The notes under the pieces are model-generated. The model had not been told where the DNA came from. It worked only from the letters and a program-made list of their open reading frames with translations, and made no database searches. The translations under genes were made by a program, and so were the position numbers. Below are positions 49,718 to 60,209 of a DNA stretch of 64,000 nt, piece by piece; within the stretch, counting starts at the first letter, position 1; every line of letters starts with the position of its first letter. The stretch comes from Nostoc sp. (GTDB lineage Bacteria; Cyanobacteriota; Cyanobacteriia; Cyanobacteriales; Nostocaceae): NCBI RefSeq assembly GCF_036917355.1, contig NZ_JBALDP010000021.1, positions 30,542 through 94,541 of the forward strand, written 5' to 3'.

Positions 49718-52168
49718 CTAACTTCTCAAGTTGACGCCGAATTTTTCCACCAAGGCTTCGCGGACTTTATTGTGTACTGGTTCAACTTCAGCCTCAGTCA
49801 GAGTACGATCGCTAGCCCGATAAATTAAGCGGAATGCTAAACTCCGCTGCCCTTCGGGGACGTTTTCACCCCGATATTCATCAAATAATTCCACCGATTC
49901 GAGCAAATCTTTACCAGCTTTGGTAATTACTTTTTCAATTTCGACAACTGAGATTTTCACTGGTGCGAAAAAGGCGATGTCGCGATCGCTAGCTGGATAT
50001 GTAGAATAAGGCTGGAATGTAGGAATGAGAATTTCATCTTCTCCCAGAGAATCTAAAAGCACATCTAGATCCAACTGAAAAACATAAACGGAATCTGGTA
50101 AACCTTTTTCTCGTCGCAGTTGAGGATGGAGTTGCCCAAAAATCCCCAGTTTGTTACCCCGAATCCACAGGGAAGCAGTGCGTCCTGGATGTAAGCGATC
50201 GTCGCGGCGGTCGGGTTGAAATTCGATTTGCAAGCTCAGTTGCCGAAATACACTTTCTAAAATGCCTTTGGCTTCAAACCAGGTGATGGGTTCTTCACGC
50301 CCACTTTTTGACCATTTGCCAAGGGTGCGATCGCCTCCAATTATCCCCGCCAGGGCTTCTGTTTCTTGCAAACCGTCTTCTTCTTGCCAGAAAATTTGCC
50401 CGATTTCAAAGCCGTTCAGCGCACCATTACCTTGCTCTAAATTGTATTGAAAGGCATCAATTAACCCAGAGATCAAATCGGTTCGCAGCGCTGAATATTC
50501 GACAAATAAGGGGTTTGACAGGACTATATTTCTGTCTTCTCCTGGTTTGACTAAAGAATAGTGGATTAATTCTGTCAATCCTTCAGCCCGGAGGAAAGCT
50601 CGTAATTTGCGAATCAATTCCTCATCTAAAGGCAGATAACCGGCTTCCGCTTTTTCTGGTAAAGTATCGCAGAATTTGTTGTAACCATAGAGACGGGCGA
50701 TTTCTTCAATTAAATCAATTTCTCGCTCTAAGTCGCGGTAACGATAGGGTGGGACGGAAACTGACCATGTAGGTTGATGGCTGTTATCTTCTCCTGAAGA
50801 AGTTAACTGGCATCCCAATGCAGTCAGGATGCGCTCAACATCTTGTTTTTGCAGTTCGCCAGTGTCCTCTTCTAAATCGATGGGCCCTAATATCTGATTA
50901 ACTCGGTCTAAACGCAGGGCGATAGAACGACTCCAGGTAGACGGATCGGGGCGGGTGTCGGCAATTTCCTGCTGGACAATAATTCCACTAGCTAATTCGC
51001 TAATTAAGGATAAAGCGCGGCGATTAGCTATTTCCAACTCAGCGCGGTTAACTCCGCGTTCATATCTGCCAGAAGCCTCACTTCTTAAGCCAACACTCCG
51101 GGAAGAACGGCGAATTGCCACGGAATCAAATAAAGCTGCTTCTAAAACTAGGCTTTGAGTCCCCTCATAGACTTCTGTTTCTTCCCCACCCATAACTCCC
51201 GCCAGTGCAACGGGTTTTTCGTTAGCGGTGATTAACAAATTTTGGGATGCTAGGGTGCGAGTTTGTCCATCTAGGGTTTTGAGGGATTCTCCATTATTGA
51301 CAAAGCGAACGCCGATGGTTAAATTTTCGCTACTTGCAACAGATTTTAGGCGATCGCGGTCAAAGGCGTGCAGTGGTTGTCCCCATTCCAACAAAACGTA
51401 GTTAGTAATGTCTACAACATTACTAATAGGACGTACCCCAGCCGCCCTCAAACGCTGTTGCAACCATTCGGGAGATGGAGCAATTTTCACCTGTTCAATT
51501 ACCGTACCGATGTATGCAGGACAAGCTTGGGTATCGGCAATTTTTAAAGCTAAATTTCCGGCATTTTTGGGAATAGATACTTCAGCAGGTTCAGGAATGC
51601 TCAACTTTCCACCCGTTAAAGCTGCTACTTCTCTGGCTACACCTACCATACTTAGGGCATCAGCGCGATTGGCAGTTGCGGTCAGGTCTAAAATTACATC
51701 ATCTAAACCCAACAATGGCCGGACATCACTACCCAATGGTAAATTTTCCTGGGTAAAAATATGAATTCCGTCTACATCGGTGGGCAAACCGAGTTCCTTT
51801 AAAGAACAAATCATGCCCTGAGATGGGACACCACGTAGTTTTGCAGGTTTAATTTTTAAATCTATTTTGGGTAAGTAAGTACCCGTAGTTGCCACTGGGA
51901 CATAGATATCTGCCTTCACATTGGCAGCGCCACAGACAATATTTAAAGTTTCACCTGTACCGATATCCACTTGGCAAACACTCAATTTATCGGCGTTGGG
52001 ATGGGGTTGACGCTCAAGCACTTTGCCGATAACCACGCCATTTGCCCAAGTGCGGCGGTCTTCAATCTCTTCAACCTCAAACCCCGCCATTGTCAGGGTT
52101 TCGGCTAATTCTTCTGGACTAAGTTTTATCTCTACTAGTTCGCGCAGCCAATTTAGAGAAATACGCAT
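49718..52168 (-). CDS. pheT: Phenylalanine--tRNA ligase beta subunit
   Basis: [64 protein letters not shown]. Confidence 0.97.
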   Translation of the reverse strand: MRISLNWLRELVEIKLSPEELAETLTMAGFEVEEIEDRRTWANGVVIGKVLERQPHPNADKLSVCQVDIGTGETLNIVCGAANVKADIYVPVATTGTYLPKIDLKIKPAKLRGVPSQGMICSLKELGLPTDVDGIHIFTQENLPLGSDVRPLLGLDDVILDLTATANRADALSMVGVAREVAALTGGKLSIPEPAEVSIPKNAGNLALKIADTQACPAYIGTVIEQVKIAPSPEWLQQRLRAAGVRPISNVVDITNYVLLEWGQPLHAFDRDRLKSVASSENLTIGVRFVNNGESLKTLDGQTRTLASQNLLITANEKPVALAGVMGGEETEVYEGTQSLVLEAALFDSVAIRRSSRSVGLRSEASGRYERGVNRAELEIANRRALSLISELASGIIVQQEIADTRPDPSTWSRSIALRLDRVNQILGPIDLEEDTGELQKQDVERILTALGCQLTSSGEDNSHQPTWSVSVPPYRYRDLEREIDLIEEIARLYGYNKFCDTLPEKAEAGYLPLDEELIRKLRAFLRAEGLTELIHYSLVKPGEDRNIVLSNPLFVEYSALRTDLISGLIDAFQYNLEQGNGALNGFEIGQIFWQEEDGLQETEALAGIIGGDRTLGKWSKSGREEPITWFEAKGILESVFRQLSLQIEFQPDRRDDRLHPGRTASLWIRGNKLGIFGQLHPQLRREKGLPDSVYVFQLDLDVLLDSLGEDEILIPTFQPYSTYPASDRDIAFFAPVKISVVEIEKVITKAGKDLLESVELFDEYRGENVPEGQRSLAFRLIYRASDRTLTEAEVEPVHNKVREALVEKFGVNLRS

Positions 52169-52381
52169 GGAGTGTGCTTGTTTTAGGAATCGTCTTTTGC
52201 TCTTATTTTAGGGTGCAAGAAGCGCTCAATGGCTACTCGCCCTGCAAGGCTTACCTTTCACTTGAACAATCCTACTACGTTAGACAGGCAATGTAAAAAT
52301 TAAGTAAATACTGAGAATGTATCTACAGAGGGAAGTATGACATTATTTTATTTGGTTGATTTTGACGTTCAACTACATAGG

Positions 52382-52411
52382 CCCGGATTTATCACAAATG
52401 ATAAATCCGGG
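52382..52411. terminator. 12-bp perfect hairpin downstream of the 52451..52948 gene
   Basis: CCCGGATTTATC-ACAAAT-GATAAATCCGGG. Confidence 0.55.
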
Positions 52412-52450
52412 TGTTTTGTTTCAGACAAAAGCGTGTCAAAGGTTGGTCAT

Positions 52451-52948
52451 CTACGGTTTACTAACAACAATTTTAACAATGTAGTCTTTGAGCGCGATCG
52501 CCTTTTTGCTATTTGGGTACGGGGAAACCCCTATCAACGTCACCGAATATTTATCTAAAAATTGAATTGGTAAAGCATCACGACCTGGTATTAGGGTTAG
52601 CGTTAATGTTGAAACTTGCTTACCATTTTTTATGATGTCTAATCCAATAATAACTTGCCCTTGCCAAATACAAGTTACATCAGAAGGACACCGCGAATCC
52701 TGGATAACTTTTGAAAATTTGATTTCAATATTTTCAGTGGGGAGGTAAGCTGTCCTTCCATATCTAAGATAAAATGGAGTATTTAAATTACTTCCAACTC
52801 TAGCCATCAATTGTTGATGATTACCTTGAGCAATTGATTTAACTTCTATGCTTGAAGGCTTGATATTTGATAATATTCCATAGCTAGGAAGACAATTTGC
52901 TCCACCAATCAATGTTAATATAACTGCTGCGCTTACTACACTTTTCAT
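52451..52948 (-). CDS. Hypothetical exported protein
   Basis: Signal-like N-terminus; DSRCPSDVTCIWQG motif. Confidence 0.75.
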   Translation of the reverse strand: MKSVVSAAVILTLIGGANCLPSYGILSNIKPSSIEVKSIAQGNHQQLMARVGSNLNTPFYLRYGRTAYLPTENIEIKFSKVIQDSRCPSDVTCIWQGQVIIGLDIIKNGKQVSTLTLTLIPGRDALPIQFLDKYSVTLIGVSPYPNSKKAIALKDYIVKIVVSKP

Positions 52949-53070
52949 TTTTTATACTCCATAGTCAGGAAATTTTATTATTAGTTGAGCTAGAAAGCAG
53001 GCTTATAAATTGTTCTGTGTTCTGCTAGAGCGAAGCTTTAAAAGATAAAACGCAATTAGCTAACTTTTGT

Positions 53071-53175
53071 GCGTAGGCGCAGTCCTTCTCCTATTAGAGG
53101 GAGATGCTGCGCGTAGTTTGCTTCTTCGGAGGGGTACGGCTGCGCTCAGGAAGCACCCCTCGTCGTAGACATTGC
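53071..53175 (+). mobile_element. Composite nested SDR cluster in a degenerate HIP1 site
   Basis: GCG|TAGGCGCAGTCC ... CGTCGTAGAC|ATTGC. The halves match the 47065-47085 element, separated by about 75 nt of SDR-like pieces. Confidence 0.55.
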
Positions 53176-53893
53176 TTCTTGGATAACCATTACGATTGAG
53201 AACCATTTTGTTTCTCACGCTTGAGCTAAAATACCATAAAACGAGCAATCTAAATACACAAGCTTTTTCTGATTTCAAAAACTTCAACAGCGCTTTTCCA
53301 ACAATTCGTTGCTTAATTTATCTTGAGAATTCACTCTAATTTTACTTTCTAGCATTATTAATCCATAGTTGAGCAATTATTACATTATGTAAAAGGGACA
53401 TTATTTTTTCTCTATTCTCAACAAGCCCAGCTTTTTGAGATGAGCAATGACTACGATTTCACAAGGCGTAGCCCATCGTAGATATGGCTTTGAGATTTGG
53501 AAAATAAATCAAATGAGAAATGCTGATTTTTTCGTTGGTTCTTAACATTGATTGCGATCGCGAGTAATTTAGATGCGTTTGCTCTGGCGATCGCAGAACT
53601 TGAATATTTAAAACTCGATAAAACCTCGCTTGAAAATGAAAGTAAAAAATGCTTTCATTCATGTCGTTGATATTCCTCTTAATAGAGAAATTTCAGTTTG
53701 AGTAAGTAGGAGTTTAATTCTAATGGCAACTTCTGACAATAACAATCAAACTGTTGGCTCACAAAGTACTAGCAACAGTTGAACTGGTAATGGCAATTTT
53801 TCTTTCAATGATGGCAAATGGCAGTCTACTGATGGCAGCAGTTTAGATAGTGGCAAAGTAATGTGCATAAAAAAACTCATTGGAGTGGTTAAT

Positions 53894-55288
53894 TTAAGTC
53901 AAATGCATAAAGACTATTTTCAGTAATTCGGCGCGAGTAAACGGTTTAGTCAGATATCCAGATGCCCCAACTAATTTCGCTTTTACTTTGTCTACAATCC
54001 CTTTGTTCCCAGTGACAAAGATAATCGGAGTGTTTTGAAATAGGGAATTATTTCGTATAATTCGGCACAACTCATAACCATCAATTCCTAGCATGTTTAA
54101 ATCCAACAAAATTAAATCCGGTTTGTGCCTTATAATTGACAAAACTGCTTTCACTGGATCGTTAATAGTCACTACAGAAAAATTTTCATTTTCTAAGAAA
54201 TAACTGATTTCTTTAAGAATTGTAGGGCTATCATCTACAGAAACGATTTTGTGGACTTTTTTTACCGTTACCGTAGCAGCCGTTACTCTTTGGGAAGCAG
54301 AATTTATGTTATTTGATATTGTTGGTTCCTGAAAGTTTTCTTTTGAAGGGGTAGAAATCTGTGGTAATCGCTGAACAGGAACTATTTTCTCTTCAGGAAT
54401 ATTTGGGTAAGAATTGACAGTGCTACTTAGTTCTTGTTTGGTGTCAACTAACCCTGAAATCAATTTTGAGAAAAGCGATTGCTCCTCAAATATCTTTGGT
54501 AATTTATCAAATGGTGGATCGGGTTCATGGAGGATAATCGCACCCTTAAGGATGTAAGGGTATAAATTGCGAGCTAGTTGAATTTCATCTTGATTCAAAA
54601 TTACAGCCAGATGACACAGGCTAAAACCCTTCATCCAGTTAATTAAATCTGGCTGTAGATTTGGTAAATCTTGGTCATCAAACTTGCTGTTAATTAACAG
54701 ATATGGACGTTGATATGGGGAAGAAATTTTAGGTACAAAAGCCTGCCACTTCTGTAATCTTACTTGGCAATACTCTAGAATTTTGTCTACACCTAGCCGG
54801 CAAATTTTTGGCATTCTATCAAGTGGTTCTATTAATTCATAAGTCCCTTCTTTGATGAGCAAAAATGATTCAATGACCTCTTTAACTAATTCTTGAACCA
54901 GCACTGCTGCTTGTGTAGAATGTAGATGTTGTTGACTAACAAGCCAGGATATAGCCTGATACTCAGGAGGGTTACTTCTGGAATTAGTGTCATCTTTGAT
55001 TAACTGACTGTGTGAGTCAGGTTCAAACATCAGCCTTACTTGAACGCGAACCTCATTAGTAAGGAGTGGAATTTGCTGGCTGAGGCGTCGCAAATGGCGT
55101 TCTAGTCGATCGAAGGGTTCCACGGAATGGGTAGCGTAAGTTATTTTGCCCTGTTCTAAGTAAATCGACCAAGAAACGGAGTTACTCAATACTTGTAAAC
55201 AAGTACTGTCGGAACAATTGGATAATTGTCTTAACAAACTTAGAGGACGTAGTTTGGTGAATGTACCTGAGTTATTCATATTTTTCAA
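53894..55288 (-). CDS. PatA-family response regulator (PATAN/DUF4388 + C-terminal REC)
   Basis: WSIYLEQGKITYATHS, VDDSPT, LLDLNMLGIDGYELC, GASGYLTKPF. Confidence 0.85.
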   Translation of the reverse strand: MKNMNNSGTFTKLRPLSLLRQLSNCSDSTCLQVLSNSVSWSIYLEQGKITYATHSVEPFDRLERHLRRLSQQIPLLTNEVRVQVRLMFEPDSHSQLIKDDTNSRSNPPEYQAISWLVSQQHLHSTQAAVLVQELVKEVIESFLLIKEGTYELIEPLDRMPKICRLGVDKILEYCQVRLQKWQAFVPKISSPYQRPYLLINSKFDDQDLPNLQPDLINWMKGFSLCHLAVILNQDEIQLARNLYPYILKGAIILHEPDPPFDKLPKIFEEQSLFSKLISGLVDTKQELSSTVNSYPNIPEEKIVPVQRLPQISTPSKENFQEPTISNNINSASQRVTAATVTVKKVHKIVSVDDSPTILKEISYFLENENFSVVTINDPVKAVLSIIRHKPDLILLDLNMLGIDGYELCRIIRNNSLFQNTPIIFVTGNKGIVDKVKAKLVGASGYLTKPFTRAELLKIVFMHLT

Positions 55289-56026
55289 GTTTTTTGCGGA
55301 ATCAACAACCGAACATTTGTAGATTGAAAATATGAGCTATAAAGTATTCTCTTCTTTGTAATATTTTTCTAACCACAAATTATTTATTTGAAAATATGTA
55401 CATATATTAAAAAATGTAAGGCTTCTAAGTCCTTTGTTACATTTGGCACATTTTACTTAATCTATCTCAAAAAACAAGTAGGTGTGAATAAAGGTAAGCA
55501 TCTATCATAGCTAGATTATCAGTAGATGTTGGTTATTTCTGGATTTTACTAACTACTGACAACTCTTGAGTGAAGACCTTAATAATGATGTTTATTTATG
55601 CCCACTCACTTCCAGAGGTAAATTTGATTCCAAGTTCGCGTAGTTACACTGGTATAGTTCTAGAGTTAACGAGCTTAATTATGGTTAATTACTTTTCCTT
55701 AAAGAAACGATTCTTCTACATAAAATCTTTAAAAACTTATCTAGGAAAGTTTACGTATTTATTGTACTGTAGGTTTAATGGATATAACTTTTTGGTAGAT
55801 ACATTACAACAGGTAATGCTGGGTTTTGATAAACTCTTTTTTGCTAAACTAAGCTGTACTCAAGTTCATCTTAAATATATAGAGAACTTCATGAAAATAA
55901 TTTGTTTAATAAAGATTAGAGCATCTACCAATAGATACTATATTCTATAGTCGCCTCGGCGATTGAAACTATATACTCTGAGCAAAGGGAAATAAAGCTT
56001 TGGACTTTAACATAACACAAAAAGTT

Positions 56027-56701
56027 ATGCATGATACATTAAGACTTGATGAAGTAGTAGAATTTGCTGAGAACCCAGAACCACGTTGTCCGTGTGTACT
56101 TTTACTAGACACATCTGGGTCGATGCAAGGAGAGGCGATTGAGGCTTTAAATCAGGGTTTACTAAGCTTAAAGGATGAACTAGTCAAAAATTCCTTAGCC
56201 GCCAGACGGGTGGAAGTGGCGATCGTCACTTTTGACAGTAATATCAATGTAGTACAAGACTTTGTGACTGCCGATCAATTCAATCCGCCGATTTTGACAG
56301 CCCAAGGCTTGACGACAATGGGTGCGGGAATTCATAAAGCTTTGGACATAATTCAAGAGCGGAAATCTCAGTATCGTGCCAACGGGATTGCTTACTATCG
56401 TCCTTGGGTATTTATGATTACCGATGGAGAACCCCAAGGTGAATTAGAGCAAGTGGTAGAGCAAGCATCCCAGCGCCTACAGGGAGACGAGGCGAACAAG
56501 CGGGTAGCATTCTTTACAGTTGGAGTAGAAAATGCGAATATGACGCGTTTAAATCAAATAACTGTACGTACTCCCTTAAAGCTTAAAGGATTAAATTTTA
56601 TCGAGATGTTTGTCTGGCTGTCAACTAGTATGTCGGCTGTTTCTCATTCACAAGTAGACGAACAGGTAGCACTACCGCCCATTGGTTGGGGAACTGTTTA
56701 A
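56027..56701 (+). CDS. TerY-like vWA-domain protein
   Basis: EPRCPCVLLLDTSGSM (MIDAS), GLTTMG, YYRPWVFMITDGEP, FVWLSTSMSAVS. Confidence 0.9.
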   Translation: MHDTLRLDEVVEFAENPEPRCPCVLLLDTSGSMQGEAIEALNQGLLSLKDELVKNSLAARRVEVAIVTFDSNINVVQDFVTADQFNPPILTAQGLTTMGAGIHKALDIIQERKSQYRANGIAYYRPWVFMITDGEPQGELEQVVEQASQRLQGDEANKRVAFFTVGVENANMTRLNQITVRTPLKLKGLNFIEMFVWLSTSMSAVSHSQVDEQVALPPIGWGTV

Positions 56702-56753
56702 TGAAAAATCGCAGCTTGATGTTTACACAGCTAGCTGCTTGAAAAAAAAATTT

Positions 56754-57536
56754 ATGAACATATCAAAACAGATTGCTCAATGGCGGATTGTGGCTGCGTC
56801 TGTATGTGGTACAAGTCACTTAAAAAACAATCAATTATGTCAGGATGCTCATCACTGGCAAATATTGTCAGATAATGTTTTAGTGGCGGCCGCAGCAGAT
56901 GGCGCGGGTTCTGCTAGCCTTGGGAAAGTGGGAGCGATGGTTGCTGTGGAGACAGCAATCGAAAACATTTCTACCAAAGGGCTGACCCGAAAAAGTTTGA
57001 CTGATGATACATTGGTGCGATCGCTCTTAAATGATGCCATATTCGCCGCCAAAAAAGCTGTCGAGGATGAGGCGGCTACTTGTGACAAACAGCCTCAAGA
57101 TTTAGCAACTACCTTAATTATGCTGGTTGCCACACCAGAAGTTGTAGCTGTAGTTCAGATAGGCGATGGTTTGGCAGTGGCTAAAGATAGTATGGGCAAC
57201 CTGCTGGCACTGACGATGCCTGATAGTGGTGAATACATCAACGAAACTACTTTTTTAACTTCGCCCAATGCCTTAGATACAGCACAAATGAGATTATGGC
57301 GCACAGACATAGTAAACGTTGGTATCATCACCGACGGATTACAAATGCTGGCTTTGAATATGGTTGTTGGCGAACCTCACAAACCATTCTTTTTTCCACT
57401 GTTTGAATTTGTTGCCAATACCGAGGATAAGACAGAAGCGAAGGAGCAATTAGTAAAATTTTTACGCTCAGAGCGGATTACGCAACGCACTGATGATGAT
57501 TTAACACTCATTATAGCAGCATTCAACGACTCATGA
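56754..57536 (+). CDS. PP2C-like phosphatase (TerY-P associated)
   Basis: SVCGTSH, CQDA, AADGAGSA, IGDG, EYINETTFLT, TDGLQ, TDDDLTL. Confidence 0.9.
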   Translation: MNISKQIAQWRIVAASVCGTSHLKNNQLCQDAHHWQILSDNVLVAAAADGAGSASLGKVGAMVAVETAIENISTKGLTRKSLTDDTLVRSLLNDAIFAAKKAVEDEAATCDKQPQDLATTLIMLVATPEVVAVVQIGDGLAVAKDSMGNLLALTMPDSGEYINETTFLTSPNALDTAQMRLWRTDIVNVGIITDGLQMLALNMVVGEPHKPFFFPLFEFVANTEDKTEAKEQLVKFLRSERITQRTDDDLTLIIAAFNDS

Positions 57537-57593
57537 GCAATCGATTTACAGGTTTCACATCTTACAATAACTTCCGTTAGCGGTAATTTCATT

Positions 57594-59756
57594 ATGCAGG
57601 TACTACGTTGTTCCCCCAGAAAAGAAATCCTCAGTCTCAATGTCAGTTTGGGACGTGGCGGTGAAGCTTGTGTTTATGCTGTGCCATCCGATAACGATTT
57701 GGTGGCGAAGATTTACCACAAGCCAACGACTGCCCATGCAGAGAAACTCCAGGCGATGCTTGCTAACCCGCCAGAAAACCCTACGGCGAGTTTAGGGCAT
57801 ATCTCTATCGCTTGGCCAGAGGATTTATTACGGGCGGCAGATGGCAAAAATAGCATCCTGGGCTTTTTAATGCCACGTATTCAGGGGATGCGTCCAATCA
57901 TCGACTTTTACAACCCCAGAACTCGTCGGCAACATTGCCCCCTATTCAACTATCAGTACCTGCTCCGCACGGCTCGAAACCTGGCGGCAGCTTTTGCCGC
58001 TTTGCACGCCAGTGGATATTGCATTGGTGATGTAAACGAGTCTAATATCCTCGTCAGCGATACAGCACTGGTGACTTTGATAGACACAGACTCTTTCCAA
58101 GTAACCGACCCAAACAGCAATGTTGTTTATCGCTGCCCAGTAGGTAAACCAGAGTTTACTCCACCAGAACTACAGAATAAAACTTTTGCCCAGCACGATC
58201 GCGAAATCTCTCACGATTTATTTGGGTTAGGGGTGCTAGTATTTCAACTCTTAATGGAAGGCACCCACCCATTTTCGGGAATTTTTCAAGGTGCGATTGA
58301 GCCACCACCTTACGAAGCACGAATTGCATCGGGTCATTTCACTTACAGCGAAAAGCGTTACGTACCCTACCTGCCGACACCTATTGCCCCCCCTTGGGAA
58401 ATTCTCCATCCCAGCTTACAGGAATTATTTGTCCGTTGTTTTGAAGAAGGTCATAACAACCCACAACTACGCCCCAGTGCCCAGACTTGGCTCTCAGCTA
58501 TCGCTGAAGCCGAAGAGTCCCTAATTACCTGTACGACAAATCCCCAACATCGCTACAACAACCACATGCGTAGCTGTCCGTGGTGCGAACGTACCGTGCG
58601 ATTAGGTGGACGCGACCCCTTCCCATCACATCGGGCAATAGAAGCTAGAGAACATCTCCAACCGCGAATCAAAGCGAGAAAACGCTACAATCAGACACCG
58701 CATTTTCCCCAGCGAGCCATGTCACCGCAGCTAGCTAATTATTGGCAGCCAATGACTCCCAGCGGTTCATATAAACCTTCCAAAAAGTCAAAGTTGTACC
58801 CGATTATTTGTTGTTTGCTGGGTTTTGGTTTATTGGGATATGCAGATGTAATGATTAAATTTACTCAGCCGTTGGTTTCCCAAAATGCTTACACCCAACA
58901 AACAATCAAGTCTACCCAGCCAAATAATAAACTCAGCTTCGCTGATTCTTATCAGCAAGGTTATATTGCTTATAAAGAGCGGGACTATGACAAGGCAATT
59001 GTCAATTTTAGCCAAGCAATTGAACAAGAACCGACACACGCTAGAGCAATTGTAAATCGTGGTAATGCCCGCTATAACCTGAAAGACTACGAAGGAGCAG
59101 TTACAGATTATAGCCAAGCTCTGAAAATCAATCCCAATCAAACCAAAGCTCTGGTAAATCGGGGCAATGCCCGCTATATGCTCGCCGAGTATAGCAACGA
59201 TCCCGATCGAGAATATAATCTAGCGATCGCAGACTATAATCGAGCCATCGGTCTGGATAATAATGAAATTGAAGCTTATGTCAGACGGGGGATTGTCCGC
59301 GCCCAAATGGCTAAATACAGTGGTGAATCTCAACAAGCTTACAAAAAAGCGATCGCAGATTTTACTCAAGCCATACAACTTAATGTCTCAAAAGCCGAAG
59401 CTTACTTCCAGCGGGGTGTTGTTTATTATCAAATCGCTCAATATAGCAGCAATTATCAGCAAGAATATAATCAAGCGATCGCTGACTTTAACCAAGCATT
59501 AACTTTAAGCCCTAAACTAGCAAAAGCATATCTCAAACGAGGTATGGTTCGCTATGAACTGGCACAGTATGGCGGTAGTGAAGCTAACAAAAACCAAGCG
59601 AAAGCTGTCGAAGATATACAGGCATCTGCCAAAATATTTCTTGAGCAAGATGACATGGATAATTATCAACAAGCACTCAGTAATATGTGTGTAGTCATCG
59701 AAAACAAATGTGACCCTTTATTCCAAGGCTCAAGTAATATGGAAAAAACTAACTAG
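57594..59756 (+). CDS. TerY-P-type Ser/Thr kinase with Zn-ribbon, TM segment and C-terminal TPRs
   Basis: LGRGGEACVY, VAKIY, IGDVNESNIL, LIDTDSF, GKPEFTPPE, HPFSG, C..NPQH...CPWC, hydrophobic IICCLLGFGLLG, TPR repeats (AIVNRGNARY..). Confidence 0.9.
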   Translation: MQVLRCSPRKEILSLNVSLGRGGEACVYAVPSDNDLVAKIYHKPTTAHAEKLQAMLANPPENPTASLGHISIAWPEDLLRAADGKNSILGFLMPRIQGMRPIIDFYNPRTRRQHCPLFNYQYLLRTARNLAAAFAALHASGYCIGDVNESNILVSDTALVTLIDTDSFQVTDPNSNVVYRCPVGKPEFTPPELQNKTFAQHDREISHDLFGLGVLVFQLLMEGTHPFSGIFQGAIEPPPYEARIASGHFTYSEKRYVPYLPTPIAPPWEILHPSLQELFVRCFEEGHNNPQLRPSAQTWLSAIAEAEESLITCTTNPQHRYNNHMRSCPWCERTVRLGGRDPFPSHRAIEAREHLQPRIKARKRYNQTPHFPQRAMSPQLANYWQPMTPSGSYKPSKKSKLYPIICCLLGFGLLGYADVMIKFTQPLVSQNAYTQQTIKSTQPNNKLSFADSYQQGYIAYKERDYDKAIVNFSQAIEQEPTHARAIVNRGNARYNLKDYEGAVTDYSQALKINPNQTKALVNRGNARYMLAEYSNDPDREYNLAIADYNRAIGLDNNEIEAYVRRGIVRAQMAKYSGESQQAYKKAIADFTQAIQLNVSKAEAYFQRGVVYYQIAQYSSNYQQEYNQAIADFNQALTLSPKLAKAYLKRGMVRYELAQYGGSEANKNQAKAVEDIQASAKIFLEQDDMDNYQQALSNMCVVIENKCDPLFQGSSNMEKTN

Positions 59757-59870
59757 AAATAAGTATTTTTTGTTACTAGCATATTATTGGTTTTGATTGA
59801 AAAAATCAAGCCTGACTAGGGTTAGCGCCAGCTAATCCTAGTTATTTTATAGGTAACATTTTTATTTCAT

Positions 59871-59995
59871 TAGACCTCTTGCAAAAGTCCCTAACACCCC
59901 ACCCCCTACCCCTCCCCGCAAGCGGGGAGGGGAGACAAAGCGTAGCTTTGGCGGGGTGGGGTTCTTTCTTATTTTTGATTTATGCAAGAGGTCTA
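59871..59995. mobile_element. 125-bp MITE-like element
   Basis: 13-bp perfect TIR TAGACCTCTTGCA / TGCAAGAGGTCTA; internal hairpin CCCCTCCCCGC-AA-GCGGGGAGGGG. Confidence 0.75.
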
Positions 59996-60209
59996 TTGAG
60001 TAATTTATTTCTGTATTTATAGATATTCATAGAGCTTTTATATAGAAAAGATTTTAATTTATCTTTCCTTTATAATTTCATCAGAAATTACAGTTAGATT
60101 ATTGACGGAGAAACAGAAATCAGAAATACATTTCTCTCCCCTGAAGTGCATCCTCTTCATCTCGAAAAAGTCGAATAATCATATCCCTACAAATCTCCGA
60201 GGTAATTGC

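Noticed and set aside
49718-52168. pheT without an adjacent pheS
   Set aside because: Separate pheS and pheT loci are common in cyanobacteria.
53459-53662. 67-aa minus-strand ORF with a GAGGA RBS
   Set aside because: The C-terminus comes from a degenerate SDR and I recognise no family. It remains possible but is unsupported.
53746-53868. 40-aa Leu/Pro-rich minus-strand ORF
   Set aside because: No RBS; it is the antisense shadow of the plus-strand relic.
55570-55950. 126-aa plus-strand ORF between the PatA-type gene and vWA
   Set aside because: AT-rich, biased to F/Y/L/I/K, GTG start, no motif; likely promoter DNA.
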